From Candidatus Terrybacteria bacterium RIFCSPHIGHO2_01_FULL_43_35 (GTDB lineage: Bacteria; Patescibacteriota; Minisyncoccia; Terrybacterales; GWB1-40-14): 64,000 nt of DNA. This document shows, piece by piece, positions 58,601 to 64,000 of this stretch (positions within the stretch are counted from its first letter, which is position 1; each line of letters opens with the position of its first letter). The notes under the pieces are model-generated. The model worked only from the letters and a program-made list of their open reading frames with translations, was not told the origin of the DNA and did not search any database. The position numbers and the translations under genes are program-made. The stretch lies in the NCBI GenBank assembly GCA_001822815.1, contig MHSR01000013.1, positions 149,093-213,092 of the forward strand, written 5' to 3'.

Positions 58601-60205
58601 TATGATGCCAATAACCGCCTAACCACAAAAACTTTCCCAGGCAGTATTCTGAACGTATATACCTATGACGCCAATGGGAACGTAACAAGCGCGGCAAATC
58701 TTGCTGTAGCATATTCCTATACCTATGACGCTTTAGATAGATTAATTGTGGTTGGTGGTCCCGGCGTGTTTTCTACAAATACATACATTTATGATTTAAA
58801 CGGCAACAAAATATCTTTTCAGGCAGAGGCGCAAAATCAAACCATAATTAACAACACGTATGCTTATGATGTCTTAAACCGTCTCACAAGCATTACAGAC
58901 AAGGCCAGCCGCGTATATAGCTTTACCTATGATTCGGCATCTCGCCGTACAAACTTAAGCTATCCCAACAATACCGCAATTTCATACGCGTATGATGCCG
59001 CAGACCGTCTGTTGCAGCTTACAAACACAGATTCGCAAAGCAATGTCTTTGCCGAATCTATATACACATACGATCAGATAGGGAATCGTTTAAGTAATTC
59101 AAACGAAAAGAAATTATCCGCATATGCGTATGATGCGTTATCTCGTGTCACCCAAGTTCAAGAGAAATTAAAGCCGTTAAGCGAACACCCGAATTTCCAA
59201 ACAACAGAACAATATTCGTATGACGCTGTTGGGAACCGTTTAACTGGCCCGGTATTGGGAAATTACACATATAACGCAGCCAATGAAGCGTTAACCGCGC
59301 CAAGCATGCTGTTAACCTATGACGCAAACGGCAATATATCAACAAAAATTGCTTCACCGTTAGCGTGGGCTTATACTTATGACCCTGAAAATCGTCTAAC
59401 TCAATTACAGAAGACAGACCCAATTGACAACAGAACATTTGAGTATAAGTATGACCCATTCGGTCGTAGAATAGAATACAAGGTTATTGCTGGTAATCAG
59501 ACTACAATCAGTAAGTATTTATACGATAATGAGGATATTGCTTTTATTACTGATGGTTCAAACGTCATAACCCACGCATTTGTGCATGGGCCTGGTATAG
59601 ATGAACCCTTAGCATTTATCGACACAAACAATGTTCCATATTTCTACATGTACGACGGCCTCGGGTCTGTTGTCGGGTTAACGGATAATAACCAGCATGT
59701 TGCAGAAAGATATGATTACGATTCATTCGGAGGTTATCTTGGGCAGGGGGCGAATGCCACAAAACAACCCTATACGTTTACTGGAAGGGAATACGATCAA
59801 GAAGCCGAACTCTACTATTACCGTACACGATATTACGACCCAGCCATAGGACGATTCATATCGAGGGATATCATCCCAGGTTTTGTTTTTAATCCGCAAA
59901 CCATCAATTCCTATACGTATGTATTGAACAATCCCCAAAGATTTGTTGATCCGTTTGGATTAGAGGCACAAGCTTCATCTGTTTTTACTTTCGATAACAC
60001 GGAAGCTTTTGAATTTATTGGGAAAACACAAGAAAAAATAAAAAAGATTTTTAGTGATCCCGAGGCAATTTTGACTTTATCTGAGGATTTCATAAATCTG
60101 GCCCTGCTCGTTATCTATAAATCTATGGATCCGATAGGTCCATTTATATTCCCGCCACTTGGATCACCAGTAGTAAATCCTTCTTATAAACAAACTCAAA
60201 CATGA
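55691..60205 (+). CDS. Secreted RHS/YD-repeat protein: signal peptide, NosD-like beta-helix, DUF6531-like domain, RHS core and C-terminal tip
   Basis: Signal peptide ending AHA; NNNF..GGNYWSDY; EPVN..GN..YNS..LGHKWTHNY; many YD repeats; FTGREYD..YYYRTRYYDP.IGRFISRD; NNPQRFVDPFGL. Confidence 0.93.
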   Translation: MNKFSFLCKCGAILFGVFLFITIPTLAHAKDFVEGTGTHFEIQGSQYLDVTLDSSEEVKVRLDSVPQMILLNIESTNVSTSTNIMLSGLEPNHTYYKYQDDYHNLTEVLTDAQGAYSYAQDISIPRFIFIQPTPGTKFISDSATGGDCTTIGNWNSATKTCTLTGNVNQTIQIDSDGITLDGAGYANTGSNTGFGVYVYQKLDITIKNVTLSAFTIGIYALRSSYNQFINNIFSYNQFGIAMDLSTNATVANNIMTINNRGIYAFANPDNPTSDHIIYGNHISGSIIAGIHLAFNAGDTVYKNHIENNDIGIFLQYFSGVGSYTVYNNNFINNVSQALSVDGQTVANLDKPIGGNYWSDYDAPAEGCNDANSDNFCDAPYIFNYGQDNLPWIIQDGWTLLPETEVAFNSASSTPNVLLNAEPVNTLYGNYLRAENNLKVPGLGVTTEFSASYNSLSEEAGSLGHKWTHNYAMRIDLYSDGVVVVNEDGRQDAYEKNGGIYTPRPGIFDALVKNQDDSFTLTRKNQTVFEFDADGILETISDKNGNTTTLVHTSGLLTSVTDAVGRTTQFTYDTENRIITVTDPANQQFNYTYDTAGDLVTFTNPNSEIATYFYDTDHNLTKIVDANGHTVVENTYQDGQVVLQKDGLGNQTTYSYSTTPTRSTLITDPRGGQTTHIYDADLRIATVIDALGNTTAYEYDANNNRISITDDNNHETTFTYDAHGNVLTITDPLNNTTTFTYDSKNNVLTETNARNFTTTFTYDANSNLLTVTDALSGVTIFTYNTLGQLIEKEDARGNSAFFTYDTYGNVNKITDALGNETHLTFDVLSRLTSITDALNHTSSTTYDAVGRLLTTTDPLNNTTTFVYDDVGNLVSVIDAKSQTTTYLYDANNRLTQVTDAVSGITTYSYDATNNRTAVHDANNNTTNYEYSLVNKLTKQIDALSAQTQYQYDGVGNVTSYINANGQTVGFAYDANNRLTTKTFPGSILNVYTYDANGNVTSAANLAVAYSYTYDALDRLIVVGGPGVFSTNTYIYDLNGNKISFQAEAQNQTIINNTYAYDVLNRLTSITDKASRVYSFTYDSASRRTNLSYPNNTAISYAYDAADRLLQLTNTDSQSNVFAESIYTYDQIGNRLSNSNEKKLSAYAYDALSRVTQVQEKLKPLSEHPNFQTTEQYSYDAVGNRLTGPVLGNYTYNAANEALTAPSMLLTYDANGNISTKIASPLAWAYTYDPENRLTQLQKTDPIDNRTFEYKYDPFGRRIEYKVIAGNQTTISKYLYDNEDIAFITDGSNVITHAFVHGPGIDEPLAFIDTNNVPYFYMYDGLGSVVGLTDNNQHVAERYDYDSFGGYLGQGANATKQPYTFTGREYDQEAELYYYRTRYYDPAIGRFISRDIIPGFVFNPQTINSYTYVLNNPQRFVDPFGLEAQASSVFTFDNTEAFEFIGKTQEKIKKIFSDPEAILTLSEDFINLALLVIYKSMDPIGPFIFPPLGSPVVNPSYKQTQT

Positions 60206-60471
60206 TCACCTTATTTTTAGTAATAAGCGGTTTATTGCTTATTATAATTGGCTTATCAAATAAAGCTCGTAAAGAACCACCCGTACCAATAGCCGTATTT
60301 GGCGTAAGGCCGACGCCGTCCAGATTTGCCGCGCTTCCGTTAGGTATCATATTTATATCTATTGGCGTGTTTATGATTATTTATCCAATAAACGCATTAA
60401 TTTCTTATATGATTATTGCACTTAGCGTTTTGATTGCAACGATTGTTTATTGGCCACATATCAAAAAATGA
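60202..60471 (+). CDS. Putative immunity protein 1 (3 TM)
   Basis: ATGA overlap with the RHS stop; small and hydrophobic. Confidence 0.75.
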   Translation: MITLFLVISGLLLIIIGLSNKARKEPPVPIAVFGVRPTPSRFAALPLGIIFISIGVFMIIYPINALISYMIIALSVLIATIVYWPHIKK

Positions 60472-61322
60472 TCCTTGAAAGTGAAAGTAAATCTCAATTT
60501 AGCCATCAGCTATTTAATGCTTGGTTAAACGGTCTATGGCCGCAAGATAACGACCCCTTCGGAAGACGGATAGAGTACAAGGTTATTGCTGGTAACCAGA
60601 CTACAATCAGTAAGTATTTATACGATAATGAAGATATTGCTTTTATTATTGACGGTTCAAACGTCATAACCCACGCATTTGTGCATGGGCCAGGCATTGA
60701 TGAGCCAATTGCTTTTACGGATGTTAACAATACGCCATATTTCTACATGTACGACGGCCTCGGGTCTGTTGTCGGGCTTACCAACAACTCAGAGCATGTT
60801 GCTGAAAGTTACGATTACGATAGCTTTGGACGGTATCTTGGACAGGGGAGTAATGCTATAAAACAACCTTATACGTTTACCGGACGAGAGTTCGATCAAG
60901 AATCAGAGTTGTATTACTACCGCGCCCGTTACTACGATCCTCAAATAGGGAGGTTTATTTCGCGAGATGCCTTCGGTGGTTTCCCCGATATTCCTTCAAC
61001 GCTTCATCGCTACACGTACGTAAGGAACAATCCAATAAACGACATTGATCCAAGCGGGAATATTGATATTTCTGCTGCAGAACGACTTCAAGCTTCGCTT
61101 CCTGATACGCTTAATAGGATTGCGGATGTTTTTGAGCTGTATGGAGTTGGGGTAAAAACTCCTTATGCGCCAGAACAGATTGGTTTTACGGTCCAATATA
61201 TTGGGCTCAGTTTTGGCATTCCTATTGATCCCGGATTGGTTGCTGTGGGCGTGAAGGCAACTGGCGTCTTTTCTTCTTTGCTTTCTAAAACTCTTCATAC
61301 GATAGCTAAAAATTTACGTTAA
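60468..61322 (+). CDS. Orphan RHS core/tip cassette 1
   Basis: Near-identical copy of the RHS core 3' end, NNPINDIDPSG, then a different tip; start ATG 60468. Confidence 0.88.
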   Translation: MILESESKSQFSHQLFNAWLNGLWPQDNDPFGRRIEYKVIAGNQTTISKYLYDNEDIAFIIDGSNVITHAFVHGPGIDEPIAFTDVNNTPYFYMYDGLGSVVGLTNNSEHVAESYDYDSFGRYLGQGSNAIKQPYTFTGREFDQESELYYYRARYYDPQIGRFISRDAFGGFPDIPSTLHRYTYVRNNPINDIDPSGNIDISAAERLQASLPDTLNRIADVFELYGVGVKTPYAPEQIGFTVQYIGLSFGIPIDPGLVAVGVKATGVFSSLLSKTLHTIAKNLR

Positions 61323-61332
61323 ATTTATAAAT

Positions 61333-61662
61333 ATGAACACAGAAAAATTTTATAACATATTTTTTGCTTTAGGCGGTATTGTGATTGCCTTTATTTATTT
61401 ATTTCTTTTTATATGGTTTTTAAAGCGGCGAGCTCATAAGATAAAATTTATCATAAGCCAAGAAAAAAGCGTGATTATTGACGATAAATTAAAAACATAT
61501 GGGTGGATTATTTTTATTTTAACCCTTCCGACTTGGTTTTTGATTACATCCGATATTCTTAACGACCAACCTTTTTTACTCGATGTGGTGGCAAGTATTG
61601 ATTTGTTATTAACTTATGTAGCAATTAGGTTTTGGCTTGCCAGCATCAAACCAAAAGAATGA
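61333..61662 (+). CDS. Putative immunity protein 2 (3 TM)
   Basis: Directly follows orphan tip 1; hydrophobic, AT-rich. Confidence 0.75.
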   Translation: MNTEKFYNIFFALGGIVIAFIYLFLFIWFLKRRAHKIKFIISQEKSVIIDDKLKTYGWIIFILTLPTWFLITSDILNDQPFLLDVVASIDLLLTYVAIRFWLASIKPKE

Positions 61663-62729
61663 TTCTTGAAAACCAACAAATAAAACATCAAATCTTCAAC
61701 GCCTGGCTAAATAGTCTTTTGCCAAAAGACGCCAACGGCAACATATCAACAAAAATTGCTTCGCCATTAGCGTGGGCTTATACTTATGACCCGGAAAATA
61801 GATTAACCCAACTTTCTAAGACGGATCCGATTGATAACCGTACATTTCAATACGCATATGATCCATTTGGAAGACGAATAGAATACAAGGTTATTGCAGG
61901 GAACCAGACTACAATCAGTAAGTATTTATACGATAATGAGGATATTGCTTTTATTACTGATGGTTCAAATACAGTTACGCATGCATTCGTGCATGGACCT
62001 GGAATTGATGAGCCGTTGGCGTTTACCGATGTTAACAACACGCCGTATTTCTATTTGTACGATGGTTTGGGAAGCGTTGTCGGATTAACTGATAACAACC
62101 AGCATGTGGCTGAAAGATACGATTACGATTCATTCGGACGTTATCTGGGACAGGGCAATAACGCCATAAAACAACCCTACACGTTCACTGGTAGGGAATA
62201 TGATCAGGAAAGCGGGCTATATTACTACAGGGCGCGTTATTATGATCCGACCATAGGACGATTTATTTCGAGGGATCCTATCTCTAATAATAATCCCGAT
62301 TTGGTATCATCCAATGTTTATAGTTATGTAGAAAATAATCCTGTCACTAGAACTGATCCGATGGGACTGTGGTACATAGACGTTAATGGTTCCGTTGGTT
62401 TTTGGGGCGGCATTACAGCCGGATTCTTAATAGGCTCAGAAGGATTTTATTATTACGTAGGTGGGGGGATAGTTACTCCGCTTGCTGGCTTATCTCTAAC
62501 ATATTCTCCAAATAATCCCACAGTTGGTCTGAATGCTGGTGCGCAGGCCGGTTTTGGTATTGGTGGCCAGGCTGGCTACAGTTATGAAGACGGTAAAGAG
62601 CCGTTCCGAGAGTATGGATTGGTTACTCCCGGCGTATCGGTAACCGTTTACGAAGTATTCAAGGTTCAACTGCCCTCGTTTTTAAAAAATGAAGTTGAAG
62701 CAGCATTTACAGAAAATAATGAAAAATAA
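61659..62729 (+). CDS. Orphan RHS core/tip cassette 2
   Basis: Longer copy of the core (from DANGNISTK), NNPVTRTDPMGL, Gly-rich tip; start ATG 61659. Confidence 0.88.
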   Translation: MILENQQIKHQIFNAWLNSLLPKDANGNISTKIASPLAWAYTYDPENRLTQLSKTDPIDNRTFQYAYDPFGRRIEYKVIAGNQTTISKYLYDNEDIAFITDGSNTVTHAFVHGPGIDEPLAFTDVNNTPYFYLYDGLGSVVGLTDNNQHVAERYDYDSFGRYLGQGNNAIKQPYTFTGREYDQESGLYYYRARYYDPTIGRFISRDPISNNNPDLVSSNVYSYVENNPVTRTDPMGLWYIDVNGSVGFWGGITAGFLIGSEGFYYYVGGGIVTPLAGLSLTYSPNNPTVGLNAGAQAGFGIGGQAGYSYEDGKEPFREYGLVTPGVSVTVYEVFKVQLPSFLKNEVEAAFTENNEK

Positions 62730-62749
62730 TAATTAATACGTTAAATAAT

Positions 62750-62947
62750 ATGATTAATAATATCGGAGATATAATTTTTTTTCTTGTTGGGATAGCGTGT
62801 ATAGTTTTTAGTAAGCAGATCGGACATGCTACAAGCGGCTTTCATAAAAAATTAGGATATAACTTTAGTGAGAGGGGCTATCGAATAGCCTTTATTTTAG
62901 CCGGAACCCTTTTTGTCCTTTTTAGTTTATCAAACCTCTTGCGATAG
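62750..62947 (+). CDS. Putative immunity protein 3 (2 TM)
   Basis: Follows orphan tip 2; small and hydrophobic. Confidence 0.72.
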   Translation: MINNIGDIIFFLVGIACIVFSKQIGHATSGFHKKLGYNFSERGYRIAFILAGTLFVLFSLSNLLR

Positions 62948-62996
62948 GCCGATATACTATTTCTTAAGTAAAAAGCAATAGATTCAATAGTAAAAA

Positions 62997-63806
62997 ATGA
63001 TTCCTGAAACCGAAAATGGTGAATATGCGGTTCAAGTTATCGGAACAGGCGAAGGGAGCTACACATTAGATTCTCTGGCAGTAGATGCAGATGGCGCACC
63101 GCATACCGCAACGTTTGCGGGCAACACTAACATCAACATTCAAGCGGTATACGATCTTTCCTATGATGCCGCACAGCCGCAAAATATAACTATAGTTTCT
63201 GAAGACACGACTGCGCCGATAATCACGCATACCGCCATCAACCCACAATATCTTCTAAACACAGCCTCAATCCCACTTAGCTTCGATACAAACGATAGTG
63301 GTACTGGCATTTATCGGCTTGAGGTCAATCTTGACGGGTCGCCATTAACATCTGGTCAGTTTTTGGCTTTTACCGTTCCGGGCAACCATCTCATTCGTAT
63401 TTCGGCAGAGGATTTCGTTGGCAATGTGCGAACCGAGGAAATTCCGTTTGCTGTCGTATATCAGTTCAGTGGGTTTCTTTCACCGATCAAGGCTGATGGT
63501 AGCGGCATTTATAATCTTGGCCGGACTTTACCTGTGAAGTTCCAACTTACGGATGCGAATGGCGTCTTCGTATCGACGGCCGTTGCCCAACTTCTTGCCG
63601 CAAAAATCCAAGATGGCATTGTTGGAACTGAAGAAGTCCCGCTTTCAAGCTCTGTTGCGGATATCGGGAATCTTTTTAGATACGATTCTTCTACCCAGCA
63701 ATATATCTACAATCTTGCGACCTCATCATTAGGTCTTGGCACGTGGCAACTTAAGGTTGTTCTCGATGACGGAAAGAACTATACGGTTGTTATTTCGCTG
63801 CATTAA
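62997..63806 (+). CDS. Ig-like plus PxKF-domain protein without signal peptide (probable C-terminal part of a surface protein)
   Basis: GEYAVQVIGTGEGSYTL, DTTAPII, YQFSGFLSPI..GRTLPVKFQL..FRYD..QYIYNL. Confidence 0.8.
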   Translation: MIPETENGEYAVQVIGTGEGSYTLDSLAVDADGAPHTATFAGNTNINIQAVYDLSYDAAQPQNITIVSEDTTAPIITHTAINPQYLLNTASIPLSFDTNDSGTGIYRLEVNLDGSPLTSGQFLAFTVPGNHLIRISAEDFVGNVRTEEIPFAVVYQFSGFLSPIKADGSGIYNLGRTLPVKFQLTDANGVFVSTAVAQLLAAKIQDGIVGTEEVPLSSSVADIGNLFRYDSSTQQYIYNLATSSLGLGTWQLKVVLDDGKNYTVVISLH

Positions 63807-63807
63807 C

Positions 63808-64000
63808 ATGCCGCGGAAACAGTTCGTTCTCACCATTATTGTTATTGCCGCCGTCTTGGTGGCAATAGCGCTGTTGCTTGTCTCTCTCGACCTAAAAAAG
63901 AATCCTCATCCAGTGGAAACAATGAAACCTCTCCACGGGCCATGCCTAGAAAAAGATGAATATGCGGATTACCCATTTTGGCCCGAGACGCATGTTCCAA
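63808..64000 (+). CDS. Membrane-anchored hypothetical protein (3' partial)
   Basis: MPRKQFVLTIIVIAAVLVAIALLLV..., open to the window end. Confidence 0.6.
   Translation, partial: MPRKQFVLTIIVIAAVLVAIALLLVSLDLKKNPHPVETMKPLHGPCLEKDEYADYPFWPETHVP

Noticed and set aside
59321-62280. Diversity-generating retroelement TR/VR pair in the repeated RHS cores
   Set aside because: Differences involve all bases and are mostly synonymous rather than adenine-specific; no reverse transcriptase in the window
467-63248. Numerous 60-180 aa antisense or alternate-frame ORFs in the track (e.g. 10872-11426, 36104-36643, 44179-44784)
   Set aside because: They are shadows of well-supported genes and show no motifs
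1-64000. CRISPR array or cas genes
   Set aside because: No run of identical direct repeats with unique spacers, and no Cas motifs
1-64000. Alternative genetic code (UGA=Gly) as in Gracilibacteria/Absconditabacteria
   Set aside because: Conserved genes are uninterrupted under code 11 and several end at TGA

Overview
Chromosomal segment of a Patescibacteria/CPR bacterium, most likely Parcubacteria-like (inferred from gene content and repeat style; standard genetic code). It carries housekeeping genes (nusA, hppA, tig, clpP, gpmI, yvcK, mutM, arfB, htrA, sppA), five tRNA genes without encoded CCA, a type IV pilus locus preceded by a two-component pair, a copper/thiol-redox cluster, and an RHS polymorphic-toxin array downstream of tRNA-Arg(CCT). 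The most notable signals are: (1) a Sec-exported NosD/RHS toxin with two translationally coupled orphan cassettes that share a leader peptide and a junction motif, apparently inserted into a split surface-protein gene; (2) tRNA-Gly/Pro loci surrounded by decayed tRNA halves and three copies of a covarying structured element, plus an HTH/LAGLIDADG-like gene abutting tRNA-Arg, suggesting tRNA-targeting mobile elements; (3) solitary accessory genes sharing a promoter, boxA-like motif, Shine-Dalgarno and terminator layout, while many other genes look leaderless; (4) several miniature repeat families, including a nested in-frame insertion in HtrA and elements ending on start codons; (5) an unannotated structured RNA of about 230 nt. 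No database searches were run, so all family calls come from motif recognition.
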